IMG/VR virus record: IMGVR_UViG_3300026488_000035
Span: 1-39,733 of that record
Direction: 5' to 3' (one strand)
From: a virus
Lineage: Duplodnaviria > Caudoviricetes
DNA length: 39,733 bases
Part shown: piece by piece, positions 27,992 to 37,740 of the stretch
Numbering within the stretch: position 1 is the first letter of the stretch
How the letters are laid out: every line of letters begins with the position of its first letter
Position numbers and translations under genes: made by a program
The notes under the pieces: model-generated
What the model saw: only the letters and a program-made list of their open reading frames with translations
The model's database searches: none
Told to the model about the DNA's origin: nothing

Positions 27992-28600
27992 TTATTTTAG
28001 TTTTTTTAATAATTGTGCTGTTAAGGTGTTTTCTTTAAATCCCGCACCTTTATTAGCTCCTGCACTACTTCCCCCATTTCCTTTTGCTTTTAAAAGGTGC
28101 GGCTTGTTTTCAAAAAACTCCTTAATCCCCTCATCAAGGCTTTTTCCGTCTTTAAACTTAACCTCACCATCTATTACGTCAACTCTTTGCTTAATAACCT
28201 CAGCTACAACCTCAGGGTCAATTACATCATAAGCACTCAATGCTTTATTTAATGCGTTTTCTATTCTTAGACTTTTGCTTGTTCTTTCAAGCTCAGCAAG
28301 TTTCTTGCTAAGTTCCTCTTTTTCCTTTTTCTGAGCTTCAAGCTCTTTAACTAATTCTTTTTTACCCTCTTCTTTTGCCTTAGCAATTCTCTCGTCAAGG
28401 CTTTTCAACTGCTCTTCAAGTGAAGTTTTAGAGTTTACAACTTCTTCGTAGGTTTGACTTAACTCTTTGTACTTCACTCTCCACTCCGCAGCCTCGTCTC
28501 TTAGTTTTTTAAGTTCTGTGCTTAAATTTGCATCAATTGCTTTTGCTGCTTCTTCACTAATTTTTCCTGCCTCTAGCAGTTGTTGTAATATCCTTAACAT
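27992..28600 (-). CDS. Capsid scaffolding protein
   Basis: Coiled coil LRDEAAEWRVK, KPHLLK, Gly-rich tail. Confidence 0.8.
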   Translation of the reverse strand: MLRILQQLLEAGKISEEAAKAIDANLSTELKKLRDEAAEWRVKYKELSQTYEEVVNSKTSLEEQLKSLDERIAKAKEEGKKELVKELEAQKKEKEELSKKLAELERTSKSLRIENALNKALSAYDVIDPEVVAEVIKQRVDVIDGEVKFKDGKSLDEGIKEFFENKPHLLKAKGNGGSSAGANKGAGFKENTLTAQLLKKLK

Positions 28601-28622
28601 TTACACCTCCCGTGTTTTGCAA

Positions 28623-28681
28623 ATTGTAAAATCTTTAAAGTCTGTTTTTTGGAAAAAACCGCAATAGATAAAAAGTAAAAT
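28623..28681. promoter_or_regulatory. Putative bidirectional late promoter around TTTTGGAAAAA (28647-28657)
   Basis: TACAAT (minus, 28628-28623) and TAAAAT (plus, 28676-28681) each 18 nt from the 11-mer. Confidence 0.55.
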
Positions 28682-28700
28682 AAGCTAAAAAAGGTAGAAG

Positions 28701-29000
28701 ATGATTTATTCGTATGAAGATGAGTTTCTAGTCGGAGGGGTAGATACGACAGAGCTTGAAAATATAGAGGCTGAAAAATACAATTTTGTCCTTAATAAGC
28801 TAAACGTTGATGACAACTATTATCTTGAAAAACTAACTAAATCACTTGTATATATGCACCTTGCAAAAATGCAGCTTGAAAGTGAGGGGATGAAGGCGAA
28901 ATACGACGTATATAAAGCCGAATATGAGCATTTTTTCAACCTTGCGAAAAACAACAACTCAATTATAAACATTAAAAACATTCCAATTCAAAGGGGTTAA
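28701..29000 (+). CDS. Putative head-tail adaptor
   Basis: Helical 99 aa; KAKYDVYK; ends in RG. Confidence 0.5.
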   Translation: MIYSYEDEFLVGGVDTTELENIEAEKYNFVLNKLNVDDNYYLEKLTKSLVYMHLAKMQLESEGMKAKYDVYKAEYEHFFNLAKNNNSIINIKNIPIQRG

Positions 29001-29001
29001 A

Positions 29002-29385
29002 ATGATTGACATCGTTCCTGTCTTACACAACGTAAAAGAGCTTATACAAACCCTTAACATCTACAAATCCGTCAAACTCGGTCTTGAAAAGGGAGCGGAT
29101 AAAGCTATAAATACTCCTTTTGCAAGGATTATCGTAGATGAGATAGAACACAGGGGAGCTTTGATTGATTTGCATTTAAGCATCGTTATAGCTTTTAATA
29201 CAAAAAACGATTACGAAAAATTATATGAGGAATTTTTTGCAGCCGAATACACTACTAAAATGTCGCTTTTTAAACTCCCTTACAAAATAGAGCTTATTAC
29301 ATCCATTACAGATGAAGACAGACTTGTTAATCTTAAAGCTGGAATTATTAAATTTAAGATAATAGGACTTTGCAATGCGAATTAA
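29002..29385 (+). CDS. Putative tail terminator/completion protein
   Basis: Size, TPFARI motif, context. Confidence 0.45.
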   Translation: MIDIVPVLHNVKELIQTLNIYKSVKLGLEKGADKAINTPFARIIVDEIEHRGALIDLHLSIVIAFNTKNDYEKLYEEFFAAEYTTKMSLFKLPYKIELITSITDEDRLVNLKAGIIKFKIIGLCNAN

Positions 29386-29821
29386 AGTCGGCACAACGGA
29401 GGAAATATTTGAAACGCTTGATAAGATGACTGATACATCACAAATGATTAAAAATATTACAACAGCAGTGCACAAAGAAGTTAAAAATCAGGCAAAAAAA
29501 CATTTTATAACTGGAACATTGCATAGAAATATCTTAATGAAGACAAAAGGCAATGCGGGTATTGTGTGGATAGCTGATGATAATATGATGGTAAATTGGA
29601 AGGGTAAAAAAATAAATTATGCGACTTTTGTGCTGTTTGGAACTCGTCCACATTTAATAAAAGCAAAAAATAGAAAAGCACTAAGATTTAGTTATAAAAG
29701 TTTAGATGAGTTTGTATATCGCAAAAGTGTCCGTCATCCTGGATACAGAGGCGACGATTTCTTGCGTAATGCGGCAAAAAAAGTTTTTAAAAATTTAGAC
29801 AAATTAATTAAGGAGAGTTAA
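29375..29821 (+). CDS. HK97 gp10-like neck protein
   Basis: TGTLHRNI, YATFVLFGTRPHLI, VRHPG, FLRNA. Confidence 0.75.
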   Translation: MRIKVGTTEEIFETLDKMTDTSQMIKNITTAVHKEVKNQAKKHFITGTLHRNILMKTKGNAGIVWIADDNMMVNWKGKKINYATFVLFGTRPHLIKAKNRKALRFSYKSLDEFVYRKSVRHPGYRGDDFLRNAAKKVFKNLDKLIKES

Positions 29822-31110
29822 TGGACTTACTAACTGCAACAAAAATATGGGAATTTGCGAATGAAGCATATGAAGGGAGTGGAGGATTTTTAACAGGCGA
29901 ATACATAGACAAATACCCCCGTGAAAGCGACGAAAAGTATGAAGAGAGGCAAAAAATAGCCTATTACACAAATATTTTTGCAAGCAAGATAAATAGGTAT
30001 ATAGGTTATCTTTTCAAACAAACGCCTACTCGTAATAGCTCAAACAACTTAATAAGAATAATTTTTGATGATGTGGATAATAGGGGGAATAGTATTGACG
30101 TTTTTATGTCTAACTTTGCAAAACATGCAAAAGTCAGAGGCGTTAATCTATTGCTTGTAGATATGCCTAAAAACATACCCGCAACCCTTGCCGAACAGAT
30201 ACAGGCTCGCTCCCTACCTTACTTTACCGAAATTGTACCTGAGAGGCTTGTAGCTTTTAAACTTGATAATACAGGCAAGTTTGAATATGTAGCTTTTTCT
30301 GATGTTATAGACAACTCCACAATGCAAAAGCAGGATATAAAAGAAGTTATAAGGTATTATGATAAGCAAAGTTGGAAGATACTTGACGCCGAAGACACCA
30401 ATAAGGTAATAGAAAGTGGAGAGCATAACCTCGGAGTTTGCCCTGTGTTAATTTTTTCTGAAACTGGCGAATTCCCAGCAATAGGAGAATTTACGCAAAT
30501 AGCACATCTTGCAAAGAGGCATTACAATCTACAAAGTGAACTTGACGAAATACTAAGGGGACAGACTTTCTCTATCCTTACACTTAATGCTGACACCGCA
30601 AGCGATGTTGAAGTGAAGTTATCTACCGACAACGCAATAATTTACGGCAAAGAATTCAACAAACCCGAATACATCGCCCCGCCTGCCGCACCTGCTGAGA
30701 TTTACCAACAAAAAATTAAAGACATAGAGGCTCAGATTGACAAAATTGCCTTTGATGTATCTACAAACGAAAGTAAAGAAAGCGGCATCGCACTTGATAT
30801 TAAGTTTCAGGGACTCAATGCTTCACTCTCAAATTTTGCTTTAAGACTTGAAGATTTAGAACTGAGAGCGTTTGATGTTGTGTGTAGGTATCTTAATATC
30901 AAAAACGACGTTGATATTTTATATCCTAAAAATTTTAATGTTATTGATATTGAAAAAGAAATCGGGATATTAAGTGAGATGAAACAACTTTTAGACTCTC
31001 CGACATATTTCAAACTAAAAGCCCTTCAAATTATTTCAAACGACCTTAATACTATTGACGTGGATAACTTTGATGAGATTTCACAAGAGATTGAGGATAG
31101 TTTTAAATAG
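29821..31110 (+). CDS. Portal protein
   Basis: RESDEKYEER, HNLGVCP, ESGIAL, YPKNF; 429 aa. Confidence 0.85.
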   Translation: MDLLTATKIWEFANEAYEGSGGFLTGEYIDKYPRESDEKYEERQKIAYYTNIFASKINRYIGYLFKQTPTRNSSNNLIRIIFDDVDNRGNSIDVFMSNFAKHAKVRGVNLLLVDMPKNIPATLAEQIQARSLPYFTEIVPERLVAFKLDNTGKFEYVAFSDVIDNSTMQKQDIKEVIRYYDKQSWKILDAEDTNKVIESGEHNLGVCPVLIFSETGEFPAIGEFTQIAHLAKRHYNLQSELDEILRGQTFSILTLNADTASDVEVKLSTDNAIIYGKEFNKPEYIAPPAAPAEIYQQKIKDIEAQIDKIAFDVSTNESKESGIALDIKFQGLNASLSNFALRLEDLELRAFDVVCRYLNIKNDVDILYPKNFNVIDIEKEIGILSEMKQLLDSPTYFKLKALQIISNDLNTIDVDNFDEISQEIEDSFK

Positions 31111-31210
31111 GTCGCCCACTACGGCGGGACGTGACCACTCCAATCCTTCCACAAGGTAGGCGGAGATTTGTATAGTGAAGTTGATAAGCTCATTTTCATA
31201 GTTTCTTTAC

Positions 31211-32242
31211 CTATACCACAAATCCTTTAAAATCTTTAAACACATCAACATACTTCTTAATCGGATACTTAGGTCTTATGGCGTTAAAAATCTTCTCAAT
31301 ATCTTCTCCTTTTTTAAATCTTATAAGCCTCTCACGGCTCCCAAGTATTTCTCTTTGCTCTTTTTCGCTAAATTTACTCATTGTCTCTTTAACCGCCTTA
31401 TCCCAAGGTTTTTGCTTTCCTCTCACCTTTTTATAATAAGGCGTATAGACGCAGTAGCAATGAGGATGCAGTGGCAGAGTTCTCATTTCCTTTTTTGGAA
31501 TAACTCCACGCCCGTATCCGACATCAAGGTTTGCATAAAAGTCGCAAATGTCCGTTTTTTTGTGTGCGGGGGACATTTCAAACTTAACAAGTTCAACTTC
31601 ATTATCTTCAAGTATACTCTTAGCCCTCACACTCATAAATGCTCTATGTGTTTCAGTTTTTGCAATTCTATTTGCGTAATATCTCATTTTTTCGTGGTAA
31701 GCGGTATTTAAAAGCTTTTGGAGTTCTACATCTGTGAATGCATCCATCTTTCTTATAAGGTCCTTATACGCAATTCTTAAAGGCTTTGTTTTTAGTTTTT
31801 TAATTTGTTTTATTATTTTTTTCTCTTTTTTTTTAAGTGCCTTTAATAAATACTCCGGCAAAACTTTCTTAGCTTTCATTATCTCATCTCTAAAATCGTA
31901 ACCCTCATAAATTTTTAAGGCAATTTTTCTTATTATTTCTTTTGCTTTAATTCCTTCATATAGGATTTTAGTAATCATTTTTGAAATGTCTTTTGCATTC
32001 TTGTAAAGCATCTCAGACAACAATACAGGCGTTACGGCAATTTGTGGATTATCGTTTATAAAATAAAAACTTCCAAGTTCTTTATATAGCTCCTCTTCAA
32101 TCTTTCTTCTCACCTCTTCGTTATATTCTTTGAGATATTTATTTACCATTTCTTCAAGCGTTTTTTTATCCCACGTTGAAGAATTGCGATATTCCTCTAA
32201 AATCTTTTCTAATATTTCTCTTGCCTTCTTACTAAAATCCAT
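31211..32242 (-). CDS. Minor head protein (MuF/SPP1 gp7 family)
   Basis: ANRIAKTETHRA, DICD, PLHPHCYC. Confidence 0.85.
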   Translation of the reverse strand: MDFSKKAREILEKILEEYRNSSTWDKKTLEEMVNKYLKEYNEEVRRKIEEELYKELGSFYFINDNPQIAVTPVLLSEMLYKNAKDISKMITKILYEGIKAKEIIRKIALKIYEGYDFRDEIMKAKKVLPEYLLKALKKKEKKIIKQIKKLKTKPLRIAYKDLIRKMDAFTDVELQKLLNTAYHEKMRYYANRIAKTETHRAFMSVRAKSILEDNEVELVKFEMSPAHKKTDICDFYANLDVGYGRGVIPKKEMRTLPLHPHCYCVYTPYYKKVRGKQKPWDKAVKETMSKFSEKEQREILGSRERLIRFKKGEDIEKIFNAIRPKYPIKKYVDVFKDFKGFVV

Positions 32243-32513
32243 CTGGAAGCTCCTTTTGCTCTGCTGTAATTATCCTAATTCTGCTTTCACTCTTCTCAAA
32301 AAGCTTTGCCAATTCCTTTATGGCTTCACTTCTGCTTCTTCCAATCGCTATCATCTGTTCATAAATATCTCTTATCTCCTGATACTCACTTCTTTTTTTT
32401 CTAAAATAAATCCGCCAACCTCTAAATCTTTTTAAAAACTCTTTAATCTGTTTATCACTTAGCCCGATTTCTTTTAATTCATTTATCACATAAAATTCGT
32501 TTGCCTCTATCAT
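32232..32513 (-). CDS. Mor/C-family late transcription activator
   Basis: FRGWRIYF plus C-terminal HTH IKELAKLFEKSESRIRII. Confidence 0.7.
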   Translation of the reverse strand: MIEANEFYVINELKEIGLSDKQIKEFLKRFRGWRIYFRKKRSEYQEIRDIYEQMIAIGRSRSEAIKELAKLFEKSESRIRIITAEQKELPDGF

Positions 32514-33706
32514 ATCAGCCCCAATTTTAAAGATTTTGTTTTGCCTTGTGCTTTTATTAAAGGTGCAAGTGCGTATCTGATTGCATCAATTGTGTGATTA
32601 TATTTATCTTCAACTTGCGGGAGAATGTCACCAGCTGAGTTCGTTTTGTAACTATATAATCTAAATTCTTCAAGCGTATGTTTGCAATTTGGATTTATGA
32701 TTATCTTTTTAAATTTTTTCATAAATTCAATACCGTCTTCAACGCTTCCTTTCCATTTCTCTACGCCCTCAATTCTTAAGTCAAAGTTTCTTCTTAAATA
32801 GCTAATAGTCTCAGGTCTTGCATTGTCAGCTCTAATTAAGTAATCTTTATAATCTGGTATATGCTTTTTAAAAAATTCAGGCATTTCATCAATTTCAATC
32901 CCGACTCCATACGCTTCATCTGAAATATAAAGATAATCATCTACGATATAAACTCTAACAAGCGCTGTTGGGTCAACTGCAAATCCAAAATCAAGCCCTT
33001 GATATATCTCATCGTTAACAGGCAATATTCCACTCTCAAACTTGTCTTTGAATACTTGCTTATCATCATAGATTAAACACTCGCCCTCCCAGATGTGTTT
33101 GTAATAGTTATAATCAATCTTTTTTAAATACTCCATCTCTTCACGTAAAACATCTGGGAAAAATGGATTATCGTAATAGTTTACTTTTACAACAATTGCA
33201 TTTGGCGGTGGTTTTACCACAAATCTTTGATACGTCTCATCCTCTATAAAGTGTGGATTAAAACTTACCCAAATTTCGCTCCCCTCTTTTCTAATTGTAG
33301 GGATAAGTAAATCCCAACTCTCTTTGCTAACACTCTGAGCCTCTTCTACCCAGCATATATCAATACCTTCTGTTGATTTTATCTCTTGGATATTGTGCCT
33401 AAGTCCTTTAAAGATAAATTCACTTCCAACTCTGCTTCTTATCTCATCTCTTGTAACTATAAAATAATCATTTAATCCCATTTCGTTTATCTGGTCTTTT
33501 AAAAGTTTATGAACGCTATCTTTTATTGAGTTTTGAATTTCACGGGTGCATAAGACTCTTATCTTTTTTTGAACTGCAAGCAGTATTAACACTTTCGCAA
33601 TGTTCCAAGATTTACCACTTCCTCTTCCTCCATAAAAAACCTTATACCTCGCTTTCTTTCCTAAAAGCACGTCTAAAAAAATTTTTGGGATTTTTACTTC
33701 AATCAT
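32510..33706 (-). CDS. terL: Terminase large subunit (PBSX family)
   Basis: GGRGSGKS, WVEEA, SFNP, GLDFG, NHTIDAIRYA. Confidence 0.96.
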   Translation of the reverse strand: MIEVKIPKIFLDVLLGKKARYKVFYGGRGSGKSWNIAKVLILLAVQKKIRVLCTREIQNSIKDSVHKLLKDQINEMGLNDYFIVTRDEIRSRVGSEFIFKGLRHNIQEIKSTEGIDICWVEEAQSVSKESWDLLIPTIRKEGSEIWVSFNPHFIEDETYQRFVVKPPPNAIVVKVNYYDNPFFPDVLREEMEYLKKIDYNYYKHIWEGECLIYDDKQVFKDKFESGILPVNDEIYQGLDFGFAVDPTALVRVYIVDDYLYISDEAYGVGIEIDEMPEFFKKHIPDYKDYLIRADNARPETISYLRRNFDLRIEGVEKWKGSVEDGIEFMKKFKKIIINPNCKHTLEEFRLYSYKTNSAGDILPQVEDKYNHTIDAIRYALAPLIKAQGKTKSLKLGLI

Positions 33707-34052
33707 TTTTCACATCAACTCCAATAACATTAATTACAGGAGCTTGATTTTCGTGTTTAACCTCTAATTTCTCACTCCACCCTCTGTGTTTACCCTTTGT
33801 CTTTAAAAAGAAAATAAGGGAAGTAGTATCCCCATCTTTTATCTTCTTCATAAGCATACTTTCGGCAAAATCAATCAACCCTTCCTGTATGGAGTCTACT
33901 TCTTGTTTAAATTTTTTATCCTTATTAAGCCAATTGTAATAAGTTTGTCTATTGATGCCGACTTGTTTGCAACTTGCACTTATATTTCCGGCTGTTTTTT
34001 CTAAAATTTTTAAAAACATTTTCTTTTTTTCTCTTGTGTATTTTATAGGCAT
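33699..34052 (-). CDS. terS: Terminase small subunit
   Basis: HTH GNISASCKQVGINRQTYYNW, IFFLKTKGKHRGW; upstream of terL. Confidence 0.8.
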   Translation of the reverse strand: MPIKYTREKKKMFLKILEKTAGNISASCKQVGINRQTYYNWLNKDKKFKQEVDSIQEGLIDFAESMLMKKIKDGDTTSLIFFLKTKGKHRGWSEKLEVKHENQAPVINVIGVDVKND

Positions 34053-34109
34053 ATCAATCCTTTTTTATTATTTGTCTATTTTGCCGAGTTAATCATATTA
34101 AACAATCTT

Positions 34110-35441
34110 CTAATTTGCATTCTTATACTCACTCCATTTAACTTTTTTGCCGTTTATTTTTATTTCATCTATGCCTGTGTAATCACACCAACGCTGGATA
34201 ATTACTTGTGCATATTTTTCATCTAATTCCATTAATCTTGATTTTCTTTTTAAAATCTCACAAGCTATAAGCGTACTTCCTGCACCTCCGAATAAATCTA
34301 AAACAATCCAACCAATCTGAGATGAGTTAAATATAAATCTACTAACCAATTCAACAGGTTTCATTGTTGGATGTAATTCGCTTATTGTGGGTCTATCATA
34401 TTCGGCTACACTTGTTTTTAATTCATTTTTTAGTTTTTTAATTTCTTTTATTAATTCATCTTTATTCATTTTTTTATAATCTACATCATCATAAATCGTA
34501 GTAAGTGTAAAATCTCTACAGAAATAATGATTTGCACCCTCTTTCCATCCATACAAAATGGGCTCATGCCGCCAATTATAATCTTGTCTTGATAAAGTCG
34601 CACTTTGTTTTGCCCATATTAATACTTGTGAAAATTTAAATCCTGCATCTACAAATGCTTTTGTAAAATTTACTCTTTCCGTATCTGCGTGTGCTACATA
34701 TATAACTGCCCCATTTCTAACAACTTTCATGTAATTCTTAAATACTTTTAATAAAAAATTATAAAACTTATCACTTTCCATATCATCATTTTTTATAGTT
34801 CCTGCCTTTCCTTTTATTGCTACATTGTACGGCGGGTCAGTAAATACCATATCCGCCTTTTCTCCATTCATCAACCTTTTTACATCTTCCTCATTTGTGC
34901 TATCACCACATAAAAGCCTGTGCTCTCCAAGCTCAATCAAATCTCCTCTTTTAATTACGATGTTTTCCTCATCTATTTCAGGCACATCATTGATTTTTTC
35001 ATTATCACTACTTCCCATTACGTCATCAAAATTATCTAAAATATCATTAAGTTCTTCTTTCTCAAACCCTAAAATATTCATATCAAAAGCGATATTATCA
35101 AGCTCTTCTAAATCAATCTTTAACAATTCCTCATCCCAAGGAGATAACTCTGCGAGTGTATTATCGGCAATCCTGTAAGCTTTCACCTGTGTAGGGGTTA
35201 AGTGCTCAGCCCTTAAAATAGAGACTTCTTTATAACCAAGTCTTTTCAGTGCCTCATATCTTCCATGCCCCGCTATTATTACATTATCTTTATCAACTAT
35301 AATAGGGTTTATAACTCCAAACTCTTTTATGCTTCCCATTATCTTTTCTACCTGCTCAGTAGGATGTCTTTTTTGATTATTCACATAAGGTACTAACTTT
35401 TCAAGTTCTATTGTTTCATATTTTAGCTTTTTATCACTCAT
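34110..35441 (-). CDS. ParB/Srx N-terminal domain fused to an N6A/N4C DNA methyltransferase
   Basis: PIIVD...IAGHGR...RIADN; DPPY, HPTMKP, DLFGGAGST. Confidence 0.93.
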   Translation of the reverse strand: MSDKKLKYETIELEKLVPYVNNQKRHPTEQVEKIMGSIKEFGVINPIIVDKDNVIIAGHGRYEALKRLGYKEVSILRAEHLTPTQVKAYRIADNTLAELSPWDEELLKIDLEELDNIAFDMNILGFEKEELNDILDNFDDVMGSSDNEKINDVPEIDEENIVIKRGDLIELGEHRLLCGDSTNEEDVKRLMNGEKADMVFTDPPYNVAIKGKAGTIKNDDMESDKFYNFLLKVFKNYMKVVRNGAVIYVAHADTERVNFTKAFVDAGFKFSQVLIWAKQSATLSRQDYNWRHEPILYGWKEGANHYFCRDFTLTTIYDDVDYKKMNKDELIKEIKKLKNELKTSVAEYDRPTISELHPTMKPVELVSRFIFNSSQIGWIVLDLFGGAGSTLIACEILKRKSRLMELDEKYAQVIIQRWCDYTGIDEIKINGKKVKWSEYKNAN

Positions 35442-35455
35442 TTGAACTCCTTTTT

Positions 35456-36166
35456 TTAGAACTTTGCAATTTTAAATCTCTTATTGATTGTATCTATATA
35501 ATAAGCAACTTCAAAAGGATTTTTAAAATAAGGTGGAGTTACTGCTCCAATCCCGAGCAGTTGACCGGGTGTAATATTATCAGTAGGTATTCGTCTGATT
35601 ATCTCACAATAATCTACTTTCTCTATCTTTGTGCTTTTAATTTTTCCATGCCCTAACTTCCTAAGTCCCCCTATTCCATCTAAATACCTTAACAACCTTG
35701 CTACCATTTCCCCATTTCCTTTTACACAAAAGGTAAGTTTATCAACTAAGTAGATAGTGTAAGGCATATTATAAGATTTAAAAAATCCTCTTTGAGTATC
35801 AATTACTTTTGTGTCACAATATCTTAAAAATTTATCATCAAACCTCTTTCTCCATTTATCAATCGTTTTTCTATCTCCAAGTTTTAAATGAGACGCATAA
35901 AAAACACGTAGGCTTCTACCACCTACCTCAAAAAACTTACTATAAAGAGGTAAATCAACAAAATCAAACTCATTTTCTTCAACAAACACATAATCATCTT
36001 TTAAAGCTCTCTTAATAGCGCAACTCGCTAAAATACCATCAAAAAACAAAAATCCATCTTTTGCAACCACTCCATTCTCTATCTCAAAAGTAATTTTTAG
36101 ATAATCCTCCTTTTTAAGATTTGCAAACTCTTCATTCTGTCTTAATATTTTTTTTCTTCTTGTCAT
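35456..36166 (-). CDS. csf3: Type IV CRISPR-associated Cas5-like protein Csf3
   Basis: FFDGILA, DLPL, FYAS, WRKRFD, GFFKSY, G-rich loop GIGGLRKLGHGKI, RRIP, PPY. Confidence 0.8.
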   Translation of the reverse strand: MTRRKKILRQNEEFANLKKEDYLKITFEIENGVVAKDGFLFFDGILASCAIKRALKDDYVFVEENEFDFVDLPLYSKFFEVGGRSLRVFYASHLKLGDRKTIDKWRKRFDDKFLRYCDTKVIDTQRGFFKSYNMPYTIYLVDKLTFCVKGNGEMVARLLRYLDGIGGLRKLGHGKIKSTKIEKVDYCEIIRRIPTDNITPGQLLGIGAVTPPYFKNPFEVAYYIDTINKRFKIAKF

Positions 36167-36175
36167 TCTTACTCC

Positions 36176-36952
36176 TTAATAATCTAATAATTCTTTATGA
36201 TTTCTTGCTATCCTAAGAAATTCTTGGGGGTAGTGATACCTCAACCAAGCAACCCTCCCCTCACTTGCAAAATTTCTTGGAGTAGCATCGTGATACCTTA
36301 TCTTACGTGGGTCTCCCCATAAATGAGTCCGTCTATAAACATCTATTATCGGAATTTTTCTTGTCAAAAGAAAAGCAAAAACATCATTTGCACTCCATCT
36401 CATTATCGGATTGCAATACCACAACCCTTTTTTATTCTTATCAGCAACTCCAAGCGTTTGGGACCATAAAAATTTTCTTTTTTTGCTTTCTTCTGCTCTA
36501 AGTCCCATAAATACCCCCGAGCTCTGATTTTTTTTATCTCTTATTTCATCAATATATTTTGCTAAATCTTTTAATTGCCAGCTTGAAGCTTCATCAAGCC
36601 TAAAATCTTTTTCAAGGGTATCTCCAAGGTTTCTTAAATCCAACTTAAAGGCATATCTCTCCGCCATCATTTTCAAGTACGGAATATGAAAACTAAAAGC
36701 CCTATCATCACAAATATTAAATAACTCTACCTTATCATTTAACCCCATTTCCCACAAAAGCCCTAATACCGCAGTGCTGTCTTTACCTCCCGAATATGCA
36801 AGGTGCCATTTGGGAAACTTTTTAAAGGCGTCTTCTATTAAAAGTTTCGCCTCTTCTACATTTTCCCAAAATTCTCTTGTCTTAGAATGGAGAATGAAAA
36901 GCCTTTGCCACTTCTCATTCTCTCCATCAAACTTATCAAACCAAAAATCCAT
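36176..36952 (-). CDS. CysH/PAPS reductase-like protein (type IV-B accessory)
   Basis: PP-loop AYSGGKDST, MGLRAEESKKR, NPIMRWSANDVFAFL. Confidence 0.88.
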   Translation of the reverse strand: MDFWFDKFDGENEKWQRLFILHSKTREFWENVEEAKLLIEDAFKKFPKWHLAYSGGKDSTAVLGLLWEMGLNDKVELFNICDDRAFSFHIPYLKMMAERYAFKLDLRNLGDTLEKDFRLDEASSWQLKDLAKYIDEIRDKKNQSSGVFMGLRAEESKKRKFLWSQTLGVADKNKKGLWYCNPIMRWSANDVFAFLLTRKIPIIDVYRRTHLWGDPRKIRYHDATPRNFASEGRVAWLRYHYPQEFLRIARNHKELLDY

Positions 36953-37739
36953 TTTCTTTTAAAAATTCAAGAATTTCATCTTTAAGCTCCTCAATATAAT
37001 TTTTATACACTTCATCATCTTTTAAAGAAATATCAAATTCCACTTTCCCAAGTCCAATAGCTCCTTTACCTCCTATCCTTGCTTCTTTAAACATTAACAT
37101 CAGTCCTCTTTTTAAAACACTCTCATCAAGCTCATTTGCAACCGATAATAAACCAACCCTAAAAGTCATCTCCACCCCTGCTTTTAGCACTTCATATCTA
37201 TACAACATCTGATGTTTATCAGTCTCAACCTCATCCTTATAAGGATAATCATCTCTCCTTGTCCCAAATTCCTCAGATACAACCTCAAACAAATCAATAT
37301 CGCTTTTCACGCCTGTGAATTGTTCAGTTTGTTTAACAATAGGCAACATATCCTCAACAATCAAAGTCCCCGGCAATATAGCATTACCTATTGCGCTTCC
37401 TAATAAATGCAACATAGGAATGTTTTTATAAAATTCTCTTCTCGTTGAAATGTTTATCTTACCATCACTTTTTTTAAGTGCTCCTCCTGAGAAAAGCGTA
37501 TAATAAAAATCTGGTGTTAATGATTTATCACTTATTCCAAGTAAATCTAAATAATCTTTTGCAATCACTCTCCTTAAAATCCCTCTAATAGAATTTGCTG
37601 AAACGATAGGGATATTAAGAGTCTCTCCACCTATCAAATACTCTCTTCTTCTTATTGTTTTATCAATTCCTGCAACCTCATCGCTTCCTGTGTGAATAGG
37701 ACTTAATAATTTCGCCTTCGTATCTACAATGTATCTCAT
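36936..37739 (-). CDS. csf2: Type IV CRISPR-associated Cas7-like backbone protein Csf2
   Basis: LSPIHTG, IPIVSANSIRGILRR, LFSGGAL, TRRDD, QMLYRYEVLKAG, IGGKGAIGLG. Confidence 0.88.
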   Translation of the reverse strand: MRYIVDTKAKLLSPIHTGSDEVAGIDKTIRRREYLIGGETLNIPIVSANSIRGILRRVIAKDYLDLLGISDKSLTPDFYYTLFSGGALKKSDGKINISTRREFYKNIPMLHLLGSAIGNAILPGTLIVEDMLPIVKQTEQFTGVKSDIDLFEVVSEEFGTRRDDYPYKDEVETDKHQMLYRYEVLKAGVEMTFRVGLLSVANELDESVLKRGLMLMFKEARIGGKGAIGLGKVEFDISLKDDEVYKNYIEELKDEILEFLKENGFLV

Positions 37740-37740
37740 T

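Noticed and set aside
36176-36952. Auxiliary metabolic cysH for sulfate assimilation
   Set aside because: Lacks the C-terminal ECGLH-type catalytic motif and is embedded in the csf operon
1204-37403. Numerous plus-strand ORFs antisense to phage genes (e.g. 1204-1767, 6784-7218, 21449-21832, 34825-35178)
   Set aside because: Ser/Phe/Leu-rich shadows of Lys/Glu-rich coding strands, without RBS or motifs
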